A stretch of 64,000 nucleotides of DNA from Auanema rhodensis (Eukaryota; Animalia; Nematoda), in the NCBI GenBank assembly GCA_964057225.1, contig CAXKVF010000084.1, positions 254,764 to 318,763 of the forward strand, in the 5' to 3' direction. The translations under genes were made by a program, and so were the position numbers. The notes beneath the pieces are model-generated. The model did not search any database. It worked only from the letters and a program-made list of their open reading frames with translations, and was not told where the DNA came from. Within the stretch, counting starts at the first letter, position 1. Each line of letters begins with the position of its first letter. Positions 1 through 13,200 of the stretch are shown piece by piece.

Positions 1-19
1 AAACCGCATCTCTTTATCT

Positions 20-29
20 TTCACGTGAA
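20..29. other. Perfect 10-bp palindrome TTCACGTGAA containing an E-box/G-box core CACGTG (present in almost every monomer)
   Basis: Read directly from the sequence. Its reverse complement is identical. Protein binding is not demonstrated. Confidence 0.9.
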
Positions 30-51
30 GCGAGTTACAAACCAAGTGCAC

Positions 52-59
52 ATCACGTG
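52..59. other. Second E-box, ATCACGTG (matches RTCACRTG), flanked by GTGCAC and overlapping TGTACA palindromes
   Basis: gtgcac at 46-51, cacgtg at 54-59 and tgtaca at 58-63 of the monomer. Confidence 0.85.
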
Positions 60-102
60 TACATTTAATTAGCATAAATTAAAGTTCACGTAAATTTCAA
101 AG

Positions 103-117
103 TCATGGTTACCATGA
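103..117. other. Dyad TCATGGT-T-ACCATGA (7-bp arms in the A117 allele, 6-bp arms in the C117 allele; contains a BstEII site GGTTACC)
   Basis: The reverse complement of tcatggt (103-109) is accatga (111-117). Confidence 0.9.
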
Positions 118-3100
118 ACCAATATCAATAAAAATTTGTTTTTAGACTAATATGGACATGGGGAATCTAATTTTGAAAACCGCATCTCTTTATCTTTCAC
201 GTGAAGCGAGTTACATACCAAGTGCACATCACGTATACATTTAATTAGCATAAATTAAAGTTCACGTAAATTTCAAAGTCATGGTTACCATGCACCAATA
301 TCAATAAAAATTTGTTTTTAGACTAATATGGACATGGGGAATCTAATTTTGAAAACCGCATCTCTTTATCTTTCACGTGAAGCGAGTTACATACCAAGTG
401 CACATCACGTATACATTTAATTAGCATAAATTAAAGTTCACGTAAATTTCAAAGTCATGGTTACCATGAACCAATATCAATAAAAATTTGTTTTTACACT
501 AATATGGACATGGGGAATCTAATTTTGAAAACCGCATCTCTTTATCTTTCACGTGAAGCGAGTTACATACCAAGTGCACATCACGTGTACATTTAATTAG
601 CATAAATTAAAGTTCACGTAAATTTCAAAGTCATGGTTACCATGAACCAATATCAATAAAAATTTGTTTTTAGACTAATATGGACATGGGGAATCTAATT
701 TTGAAAACCGCATCTCTTTATCTTTCACGTGAAGCGAGTTACACACCAAGTGCACATCACGTGTACATTTAATTAGCATAAATTAAAGTTCACGTAACTT
801 TCAAAGTCATGGTTACCATGCACCAATATCAATAAAAATTTGTTTTTAGACTAATATGGACATGGGGAATCTAATTTTGAAAACCGCATCTCTTTATCTT
901 TCACGTGAAGCGAGTTACATACCAAGTGCACATCACGTGTACATTTAATTAGCATAAATTAAAGTTCACGTAAATTTCAAAGTCATGGTTACCATGAACC
1001 AATATCAATAAAAATTTGTTTTTAGACTAATATGGACATGGGGAATCTAATTTTGAAAACCGCATCTCTTTATCTTTCACGTGAAGCGAGTTACATACCA
1101 AGTGCACATCACGTGTACATTTAATTAGCATAAATTAAAGTTCACGTAAATTTCAAAGTCATGGTTACCATGCACCAATATCAATAAAAATTTGTTTTTA
1201 GACTAATATGGACATGGGGAATCTAATTTTGAAAACCGCATCTCTTTATCTTTCACGTGAAGCGAGTTACATACCAAGTGCACATCACGTGTACATTTAA
1301 TTAGCATAAATTAAAGTTCACGTAAATTTCAAAGTCATGGTTACCATGAACCAATATCAATAAAAATTTGTTTTTAGACTAATATGGACATGGGGAATCT
1401 AATTTTGAAAACCGCATCTCTTTATCTTTCACGTGAAGCGAGTTACAAACCAAGTGCACATCACGTGTACATTTAATTAGCATAAATTAAAGTTCACGTA
1501 AATTTCAAAGTCATGGTTACCATGAACCAATATCAATAAAAATTTGTTTTTAGACTAATATGGACATGGGGAATCTAATTTTGAAAACCGCATCTCTTTA
1601 TCTTTCACGTGAAGCGAGTTACATACCAAGTGCACATCACGTGTACATTTAATTAGCATAAATTAAAGTTCACGTAAATTTCAAAGTCATGGTTACCATG
1701 CACCAATATCAATAAAAATTTGTTTTTAGACTAATATGGACATGGGGAATCTAATTTTGAAAACCGCATCTCTTTATCTTTCACGTGAAGCGAGTTACAT
1801 ACTAAGTGCACATCACGTGTACATTTAATTAGCATAAATTAAAGTTCACGTAAATTTCAAAGTCATGGTTACCATGCACCAATATCAATAAAAATTTGTT
1901 TTTAGACTAATATGGACATGGGGAATCTAATTTTGAAAACCGCATCTCTTTATCTTTCACGTGAAGCGAGTTACATACCAAGTGCACATCACGTGTACAT
2001 TTAATTAGCATAAATTAAAGTTCACGTAAATTTCAAAGTCATGGTTACCATGCACCAATATCAATAAAAATTTGTTTTTAGACTAATATGGACATGGGGA
2101 ATCTAATTTTGAAAACCGCATCTCTTTATCTTTCACGTGAAGCGAGTTACATACCAAGTGCACATCACGTGTACATTTAATTAGCATAAATTAAAGTTCA
2201 CGTAAATTTCAAAGTCATGGTTACCATGAACCAATATCAATAAAAATTTGTTTTTAGACTAATATGGACATGGGGAATCTAATTTTGAAAACCGCATCTC
2301 TTTATCTTTCACGTGAAGCGAGTTACATACCAAGTGCACATCACGTGTACATTTAATTAGCATAAATTAAAGTTCACGTAAATTTCAAAGTCATGGTTAC
2401 CATGAACCAATATCAATAAAAATTTGTTTTTAGACTAATATGGACATGGGGAATCTAATTTTGAAAACCGCATCTCTTTATCTTTCACGTGAAGCGAGTT
2501 ACACACCAAGTGCACATCACGTGTACATTTAATTAGCATAAATTAAAGTTCACGTAACTTTCAAAGTCATGGTTACCATGCACCAATATCAATAAAAATT
2601 TGTTTTTAGACTAATATGGACATGGGTAATCTAATTTTGAAAACCGCATCTCTTTATCTTTCACGTGAAGCGAGTTACATACCAAGTGCACATCACGTGT
2701 ACATTTAATTAGCATAAATTAAAGTTCACGTAAATTTCAAAGTCATGGTTACCATGAACCAATATCAATAAAAATTTGTTTTTAGACTAATATGGACATG
2801 GGGAATCTAATTTTGAAAACCGCATCTCTTTATCTTTCACGTGAAGCGAGTTACATACCAAGTGCACATCACGTGTACATTTAATTAGCATAAATTAAAG
2901 TTCACGTAAATTTCAAAGTCATGGTTACCATGCACCAATATCAATAAAAATTTGTTTTTAAACTAATATGGACATGGGGAATCTAATTTTGAAAACCGCA
3001 TCTCTTTATCTTTCACGTGAAGCGAGTTACATACCAAGTGCACATCACGTGTACATTTAATTAGCATAAATTAAAGTTCACGTAAATTTCAAAGTCATGG

Positions 3101-4576
3101 TTACCATGCACCAATATCAATAAAAATTTGTTTTTAGACTAATATGGACATGGGGAATCTAATTTTGAAAACCGCATCTCTTTATCTTTCACGTGAAGCG
3201 AGTTACATACCAAGTGCACATCACGTGTACATTTAATTAGCATAAATTAAAGTTCACGTAAATTTCAAAGTCATGGTTACCATGAACCAATATCAATAAA
3301 AATTTGTTTTTAGACTAATATGGACATGGGGAATCTAATTTTGAAAACCGCATCTCTTTATCTTTCACGTGAAGCGAGTTACATACCAAGTGCACATCAC
3401 GTGTACATTTAATTAGCATAAATTAAAGTTCACGTAAATTTCAAAGTCATGGTTACCATGCACCAATATCAATAAAAATTTGTTTTTAGACTAATATGGA
3501 CATGGGAAATCTAATTTTGAAAACCGCATCTCTTTATCTTTCACGTGAAGCGAGTTACATACTAAGTGCACATCACGTGTACATTTAATTAGCATAAATT
3601 AAAGTTCACGTAAATTTCAAAGTCATGGTTACCATGCACCAATATCAATAAAAATTTGTTTTTAGACTAATATGGACATGGGGAATCTAATTTTGAAAAC
3701 CGCATCTCTTTATCTTTCACGTGAAGCGAGTTACATACCAAGTGCACATCACGTGTACATTTAATTAGCATAAATTAAAGTTCACGTAAATTTCAAAGTC
3801 ATGGTTACCATGAACCAATATCAATAAAAATTTGTTTTTAGACTAATATGGACATGGGGAATCTAATTTTGAAAACCGCATCTCTTTATCTTTCACGTGA
3901 AGCGAGTTACATACCAAGTGCACATCACGTGTACATTTAATTAGCATAAATTAAAGTTCACGTAAATTTCAAAGTCATGGTTACCATGCACCAATATCAA
4001 TAAAAATTTGTTTTTAAACTAATATGGACATGGGGAATCTAATTTTGAAAACCGCATCTCTTTATCTTTCACGTGAAGCGAGTTACATACCAAGTGCACA
4101 TCACGTGTACATTTAATTAGCATAAATTAAAGTTCACGTAAATTTCAAAGTCATGGTTACCATGCACCAATATCAATAAAAATTTGTTTTTAGACTAATA
4201 TGGACATGGGGAATCTAATTTTGAAAACCGCATCTCTTTATCTTTCACGTGAAGCGAGTTACATACCAAGTGCACATCACGTGTACATTTAATTAGCATA
4301 AATTAAAGTTCACGTAAATTTCAAAGTCATGGTTACCATGCACCAATATCAATAAAAATTTGTTTTTAAACTAATATGGACATGGGGAATCTAATTTTGA
4401 AAACCGCATCTCTTTATCTTTCACGTGAAGCGAGTTACATACCAAGTGCACATCACGTGTACATTTAATTAGCATAAATTAAAGTTCACGTAAATTTCAA
4501 AGTCATGGTTACCATGCACCAATATCAATAAAAATTTGTTTTTAGACTAATATGGACATGGGGAATCTAATTTTGA

Positions 4577-7216
4577 AAACCGCATCTCTTTATCTTTCAC
4601 GAGAAGCGAGTTACAAACCAAGTGCACATCACGTGTACATTTAATTAGCATAAATTAAAGTTCACGTAAATTTCAAAGTCATGGTTACCATGAACCAATA
4701 TCAATAAAAATTTGTTTTTAGACTAATATGGACATGGGGAATCTAATTTTGAAAACCGCATCTCTTTATCTTTCACGTGAAGCGAGTTACATACCAAGTG
4801 CACATCACGTGTACATTTAATTAGCATAAATTAAAGTTCACGTAAATTTCAAAGTCATGGTTACCATGCACCAATATCAATAAAAATTTGTTTTTAGACT
4901 AATATGGACATGGGGAATCTAATTTTGAAAACCGCATCTCTTTATCTTTCACGTGAAGCGAGTTACATACCAAGTGCACATCACGTGTACATTTAATTAG
5001 CATAAATTAAAGTTCACGTAAATTTCAAAGTCATGGTTACCATGAACCAATATCAATAAAAATTTGTTTTTAGACTAATATGGACATGGGGAATCTAATT
5101 TTGAAAACCGCATCTCTTTATCTTTCACGTGAAGCGAGTTACAAACCAAGTGCACATCACGTGTACATTTAATTAGCATAAATTAAAGTTCACGTAAATT
5201 TCAAAGTCATGGTTACCATGAACCAATATCAATAAAAATTTGTTTTTAGACTAATATGGACATGGGGAATCTAATTTTGAAAACCGCATCTCTTTATCTT
5301 TCACGTGAAGCGAGTTACATACCAAGTGCACATCACGTGTACATTTAATTAGCATAAATTAAAGTTCACGTAAATTTCAAAGTCATGGTTACCATGCACC
5401 AATATCAATAAAAATTTGTTTTTAGACTAATATGGACATGGGGAATCTAATTTTGAAAACCGCATCTCTTTATCTTTCACGTGAAGCGAGTTACATACCA
5501 AGTGCACATCACGTGTACATTTAATTAGCATAAATTAAAGTTCACGTAAATTTCAAAGTCATGGTTACCATGAACCAATATCAATAAAAATTTGTTTTTA
5601 GACTAATATGGACATGGGGAATCTAATTTTGAAAACCGCATCTCTTTATCTTTCACGTGAAGCGAGTTACAAACCAAGTGCACATCACGTGTACATTTAA
5701 TTAGCATAAATTAAAGTTCACGTAAATTTCAAAGTCATGGTTACCATGAACCAATATCAATAAAAATTTGTTTTTAGACTAATATGGACATGGGGAATCT
5801 AATTTTGAAAACCGCATCTCTTTATCTTTCACGTGAAGCGAGTTACATACCAAGTGCACATCACGTGTACATTTAATTAGCATAAATTAAAGTTCACGTA
5901 AATTTCAAAGTCATGGTTACCATGCACCAATATCAATAAAAATTTGTTTTTAGACTAATATGGACATGGGGAATCTAATTTTGAAAACCGCATCTCTTTA
6001 TCTTTCACGTGAAGCGAGTTACATACTAAGTGCACATCACGTGTACATTTAATTAGCATAAATTAAAGTTCACGTAAATTTCAAAGTCATGGTTACCATG
6101 CACCAATATCAATAAAAATTTGTTTTTAGACTAATATGGACATGGGGAATCTAATTTTGAAAACCGCATCTCTTTATCTTTCACGAGAAGCGAGTTACAA
6201 ACCAAGTGCACATCACGTGTACATTTAATTAGCATAAATTAAAGTTCACGTAAATTTCAAAGTCATGGTTACCATGAACCAATATCAATAAAAATTTGTT
6301 TTTAGACTAATATGGACATGGGGAATCTAATTTTGAAAACCGCATCTCTTTATCTTTCACGTGAAGCGAGTTACATACCAAGTGCACATCACGTGTACAT
6401 TTAATTAGCATAAATTAAAGTTCACGTAAATTTCAAAGTCATGGTTACCATGCACCAATATCAATAAAAATTTGTTTTTAGACTAATATGGACATGGGGA
6501 ATCTAATTTTGAAAACCGCATCTCTTTATCTTTCACGTGAAGCGAGTTACATACCAAGTGCACATCACGTGTACATTTAATTAGCATAAATTAAAGTTCA
6601 CGTAAATTTCAAAGTCATGGTTACCATGAACCAATATCAATAAAAATTTGTTTTTAGACTAATATGGACATGGGGAATCTAATTTTGAAAACCGCATCTC
6701 TTTATCTTTCACGTGAAGCGAGTTACAAACCAAGTGCACATCACGTGTACATTTAATTAGCATAAATTAAAGTTCACGTAAATTTCAAAGTCATGGTTAC
6801 CATGAACCAATATCAATAAAAATTTGTTTTTAGACTAATATGGACATGGGGAATCTAATTTTGAAAACCGCATCTCTTTATCTTTCACGTGAAGCGAGTT
6901 ACATACCAAGTGCACATCACGTGTACATTTAATTAGCATAAATTAAAGTTCACGTAAATTTCAAAGTCATGGTTACCATGCACCAATATCAATAAAAATT
7001 TGTTTTTAGACTAATATGGACATGGGGAATCTAATTTTGAAAACCGCATCTCTTTATCTTTCACGTGAAGCGAGTTACATACTAAGTGCACATCACGTGT
7101 ACATTTAATTAGCATAAATTAAAGTTCACGTAAATTTCAAAGTCATGGTTACCATGCACCAATATCAATAAAAATTTCTTTTTAGACTAATATGGACATG
7201 GGGAATCTAATTTTGA
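4577..7216 (+). repeat. Local trimer-based higher-order repeat (a 9-mer followed by a 6-mer)
   Basis: T40A (ttacaaacc) occurs at 4616, 5144, 5672, 6200 and 6728, spaced 528 = 3 x 176. The variant cacgagaag occurs at 4602 and 6186. The variant actaag occurs at 6027 and 7083. Confidence 0.85.
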
Positions 7217-10200
7217 AAACCGCATCTCTTTATCTTTCACGTGAAGCGAGTTACATACCAAGTGCACATCACGTGTACATTTAATTAGCATAAATTAAAG
7301 TTCACGTAAATTTCAAAGTCATGGTTACCATGAACCAATATCAATAAAAATTCGTTTTTAGACTAATATGGACATGGGGAATCTAATTTTGAAAACCGCA
7401 TCTCTTTATCTTTCACGTGAAGCGAGTTACATACCAAGTGCACATCACGTGTACATTTAATTAGCATAAATTAAAGTTCACGTAAATTTCAAAGTCATGG
7501 TTACCATGCACCAATATCAATAAAAATTTGTTTTTAAACTAATATGGACATGGGGAATCTAATTTTGAAAACCGCATCTCTTTATCTTTCACGTGAAGCG
7601 AGTTACATACCAAGTGCACATCACGTGTACATTTAATTAGCATAAATTAAAGTTCACGTAAATTTCAAAGTCATGGTTACCATGCACCAATATCAATAAA
7701 AATTTGTTTTTAGACTAATATGGACATGGGGAATCTAATTTTGAAAACCGCATCTCTTTATCTTTCACGTGAAGCGAGTTACATACCAAGTGCACATCAC
7801 GTGTACATTTAATTAGCATAAATTAAAGTTCACGTAAATTTCAAAGTCATGGTTACCATGAACCAATATCAATAAAAATTTGTTTTTAGACTAATATGGA
7901 CATGGGGAATCTAATTTTGAAAACCGCATCTCTTTATCTTTCACGTGAAGCGAGTTACATACCAAGTGCACATCACGTGTACATTTAATTAGCATAAATT
8001 AAAGTTCACGTAAATTTCAAAGTCATGGTTACCATGCACCAATATCAATAAAAATTTGTTTTCAGACTAATATGGACATGGGGAATCTAATTTTGAAAAC
8101 CGCATCTTTTTATCTTTCACGTGAAGCGAGTTACATACCAAGTGCACATCACGTGTACATTTAATTAGCATAAATTAAAGTTCACGTAAATTTCAAAGTC
8201 ATGGTTACCATGCACCAATATCAATAAAAATTTGTTTTTAAACTAATATGGACATGGGGAATCTAATTTTGAAAACCGCATCTCTTTATCTTTCACGTGA
8301 AGCGAGTTACATACCAAGTGCACATCACGTGTACATTTAATTAGCATAAATTAAAGTTCACGTGAATTTCAAAGTCATGGTTACCATGCACCAATATCAA
8401 TAAAAATTTGTTTTTAGACTAATATAGACAAGGGGAATCTAATTTTGAAAACCGCATCTCTTTATCTTTCACGTGAAGCGAGTTACATACCAAGTGCACA
8501 TCACGTGTACATTTAATTAGCATAAATTAAAGTTCACGTAAATTTCGAAGTCATGGTTACCATGCACCAATATCAATAAAAATTTGTTTTTAGACTAATA
8601 TGGACATGGGGAATCTAATTTTGAAAACCGCATCTCTTTATCTTTCACGTGAAGCGAGTTACATACCAAGTGCACATCACGTGTACATTTAATTAGCATA
8701 AATTAAAGTTCACGTAAATTTCAAAGTCATGGTTACCATGAACCAATATCAATAAAAATTTGTTTTTAGACTAATATGGACATGGGGAATCTAATTTTGA
8801 AAACCGCATCTCTTTATCTTTCACGTGAAGCGAGTTACATACCAAGTGCACATCACGTATACATTTAATTAGCATAAATTAAAGTTCACGTGAATTTCAA
8901 AGTCATGGTTACCATGCACCAATATCAATAAAAATTTGTTTTTAGACTAATATGGACAAGGGGAATCTAATTTTGAAAACCGCATCTCTTTATCTTTCAC
9001 GTGAAGCGAGTTACATACCAAGTGCACATCACGTGTACATTTAATTAGCATAAATTAAAGTTCACGTAAATTTCAAAGTCATGGTTACCATGCACCAATA
9101 TCAATAAAAATTTGTTTTTAGACTAATATGGACATGGGGAATCTAATTTTGAAAACCGCATCTCTTTATCTTTCACGTGAAGCGAGTTACATACCAAGTG
9201 CACATCACGTGTACATTTAATTAGCATAAATTAAAGTTCACGTAAATTTCAAAGTCATGGTTACCATGAACCAATATCAATAAAAATTTGTTTTTAGACT
9301 AATATGGACATGGGGAATCTAATTTTGAAAACCGCATCTCTTTATCTTTCACGTGAAGCGAGTTACATACCAAGTGCACATCACGTATACATTTAATTAG
9401 CATAAATTAAAGTTCACGTAAATTTCAAAGTCATGGTTACCATGAACCAATATCAATAAAAATTTGTTTTTAGACTAATATGGACATGGGGAATCTAATT
9501 TTGAAAACCGCATCTCTTTATCTTTCACGTGAAGCGAGTTACATACCAAGTGCACATCACGTGTACATTTAATTAGCATAAATTAAAGTTCACGTAAATT
9601 TCAAAGTCATGGTTACCATGCACCAATATCAATAAAAATTTGTTTTCAGACTAATATGGACATGGGGAATCTAATTTTGAAAACCGCATCTCTTTATCTT
9701 TCACGTGAAGCGAGTTACATACCAAGTGCACATCACGTGTACATTTAATTAGCATAAATTAAAGTTCACGTAAATTTCAAAGTCATGGTTACCATGAACC
9801 AATATCAATAAAAATTTGTTTTTAGACTAATATGGACATGGGGAATCTAATTTTGAAAACCGCATCTCTTTATCTTTCACGTGAAGCGAGTTACATACCA
9901 AGTGCACATCACGTGTACATTTAATTAGCATAAATTAAAGTTCACGTAAATTTCAAAGTCATGGTTACCATGAACCAATATCAATAAAAATTTGTTTTTA
10001 GACTAATATGGACATGGGGAATCTAATTTCGAAAACCGCATCTCTTTATCTTTCACGTGAAGCGAGTTACATACCAAGTGCACATCACGTGTACATTTAA
10101 TTAGCATAAATTAAAGTTCACGTAAATTACAAAGTCATGGTTACCATGAACCAATATCAATAAAAATTTGTTTTTAGACTAATATGGACATGGGGAATCT

Positions 10201-13200
10201 AATTTTGAAAACCGCATCTCTTTATCTTTCACGTGAAGCGAGTTACATACCAAGTGCACATCACGTATACATTTAATTAGCATAAATTAAAGTTCACGTA
10301 AATTTCAAAGTCATGGTTACCATGAACCAATATCAATAAAAATTTGTTTTTAGACTAATATGGACATGGGGAATCTAATTTTGAAAACCGCATCTCTTTA
10401 TCTTTCACGTGAAGCGAGTTACATACCAAGTGCACATCACGTGTACATTTAATTAGCATAAATTAAAGTTCACGTAAATTTCAAAGTCATGGTTACCATG
10501 AACCAAAATCAATAAAAATTTGTTTTTAGACTAATATGGACATGGGGAATCTAATTTTGAAAACCGCATCTCTTTATCTTTCACGTGAAGCGAGTTACAT
10601 ACCAAGTGCACATCACGTGTACATTTAATTAGCATAAATTAAAGTTCACGTAAATTTCAAAGTCATGGTTACCATGCACCAATATCAATAAAAATTTGTT
10701 TTTAGACTAATATGGACATGGGGAATCTAATTTTGAAAACCGCATCTCTTCATCTTTCACGTGAAGCGAGTTACATACCAAGTGCACATCACGTGTACAT
10801 TTAATTAGCATAAATTAAAGTTCACGTAAATTTCAAAGTCATGGTTACCATGCACCAATATCAATAAAAATTTGTTTTTAGACTAATATGGACATGGGGA
10901 ATCTAATTTTGAAAACCGCATCTCTTTATCTTTCACGTGAAGCGAGTTACATACCAAGTGCACATCACGTGTACATTTAATTAGCATAAATTAAAGTTCA
11001 CGTAAATTTCAAAGTCATGGTTACCATGAACCAATATCAATAAAAATTTGTTTTTAGACTAATATGGACATGGGGAATCTAATTTTGAAAACCGCATCTC
11101 TTTATCTTTCACGTGAAGCGAGTTACATACCAAGTGCACATCACGTGTACATTTAATTAGCATAAATTAAAGTTCACGTAAATTTCAAAGTCATGGTTAC
11201 CATGCACCAATATCAATAAAAATTTGTTTTTAAACTAATATGGACATGGGGAATCTAATTTTGAAAACCGCATCTCTTTATCTTTCACGTGAAGCGAGTT
11301 ACATACCAAGTGCACATCACGTGTACATTTAATTAGCATAAATTAAAGTTCACGTAAATTTCAAAGTCATGGTTACCATGCACCAATATCAATAAAAATT
11401 TGTTTTTAGACTAATATGGACATGGGGAATCTAATTTTGAAAACCGCATCTCTTTATCTTTTACGTGAAGCGAGTTACATACCAAGTGCACATCACGTGT
11501 ACATTTAATTAGCATAAATTAAAGTTCACGTGAATTTCAAAGTCATGGTTACCATGAACCAATATCAATAAAAATTTGTTTTTAGACTAATATGGACATG
11601 GGGAATCTAATTTTGAAAACCGCATCTCTTTATCTTTCACGTGAAGCGAGTTACATACCAAGTGCACATCACGTATACATTTAATTAGCATAAATTAAAG
11701 TTCACGTAAATTTCAAAGTCATGGTTACCATGAACCAATATCAATAAAAATTTGTTTTTAGACTAATATGGACATGGGGAATCTAATTTTGAAAACCGCA
11801 TCTCTTTATCTTTCATGTGAAGCGAGTTACATACCAAGTGCACATCACGTGTACATTTAATTAGCATAAATTAAAGTTCACGTAAATTTCAAAGTCATGG
11901 TTACCATGCACCAATATCAATAAAAATTTGTTTTTAGACTAATATGGACATGGGGAATCTAATTTTGAAAACCGCATCTCTTTATCTTTCACGTGAAGCG
12001 AGTTACATACCAAGTGCACATCACGTGTACATTTAATTAGCATAAATTAAAGTTCACGTAAATTTCAAAGTCATGGTTACCATGCACCAATATCAATAAA
12101 AATTTGTTTTCAGACTAATATGGACATGGGGAATCTAATTTTGAAAACCGCATCTCTTTATCTTTCACGTGAAGCGAGTTACATACCAAGTGCACATCAC
12201 GTGTACATTTAATTAGCATAAATTAAAGTTCACGTAAATTTCAAAGTCATGGTTACCATGAACCAATATCAATAAAAATTTGTTTTTAGACTAATATGGA
12301 CATGGGGAATCTAATTTTGAAAACCGCATTTCTTTATCTTTCACGTGAAGCGAGTTACATACCAAGTGCACATCACGTGTACATTTAATTAGCATAAATT
12401 AAAGTTCACGTAAAATTCAAAGTCATGGTTACCATGAACCAATATCAATAAAAATTTGTTTTTAGACTAATATGGACATGGGGAATCTAATTTTGAAAAC
12501 CGCATCTCTTTATCTTTCACGTGAAGCGAGTTACATACCAAGTGCACATCACGTGTACATTTAATTAGCATAAATTAAAGTTCACGTAAATTTCAAAGTC
12601 ATGGTTACCATGAAGCAATATCAATAAAAATTTGTTTTTAGACTAATATGGACATGGGGAATCTAATTTTGAAAACCGCATCTCTTTATCTTTCACGTGA
12701 AGCGAGTTACATACCAAGTGCACATCACGTTTACATTTAATTAGCATTAATTAAAGTTCACGTAAATTTCAAAGTCATGGTTACCATGAAGCAATATCAA
12801 TAAAAATTTGTTTTTAGACTAATATGGACATGGGGGATCTAATTTTGAAAACCGCATCTCTTTATCTTTCACGTGAAGCGAGTTACATACCAAGTGCACA
12901 TCACGTGTACATTTAATTAGCATAAATTAAAGTTCACGTAAATTTCAAAGTCATGGTTACCATGAACCAATATCAATAAAAATTTGTTTTTAGACTAAGA
13001 TGGACATGGGGAATCTAATTTTGAAAACCGCATCTCTTTATCTTTCACGTGAAGCGAGTTACATACCAAGTGCACATCACGTGTACATTTAATTAGCATA
13101 AATTAAAGTTCACGTAAATTTCAAAGTCATGGTTACCATGAACCAATATCAATAAAAATTTGTGTTTAGACTAATATGGACATGGGGAATCTAATTTCGA

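Larger units (their letters stand above)
1..176 (+). repeat. Representative 176-bp monomer (phase arbitrary; this copy carries T40A)
   Basis: Positions 177-352 repeat 1-176 except at monomer positions 40, 59 and 117. Confidence 0.99.

Noticed and set aside
126-133. AATAAA polyadenylation signal or promoter-like AT motifs
   Set aside because: Expected by chance in a 68% AT sequence, and there is no associated transcription unit.
52-155. Budding-yeast point-centromere layout (CDEI ATCACGTG, ~77 bp, then TGTTTTT resembling the start of CDEIII)
   Set aside because: The spacing is suggestive, but the essential CCG core of CDEIII is absent. The intervening DNA is only about 77% AT against more than 90% for CDEII, and point centromeres are not tandemly arrayed.
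1-176. CENP-B box
   Set aside because: No TTCG....A..CGGG match on either strand of the consensus.
1-176. Assignment to a known 171-178-bp satellite (primate alpha, Arabidopsis CEN178, Brassica CentBr, honeybee AluI)
   Set aside because: Only the length is similar. I recognise no sequence similarity, and the consensus lacks HindIII and AluI sites. A database search is needed.
1-176. Tandem 5S rRNA, tRNA, snRNA or spliced-leader gene unit
   Set aside because: No recognisable Pol III A/B/C boxes, cloverleaf or conserved RNA sequence.
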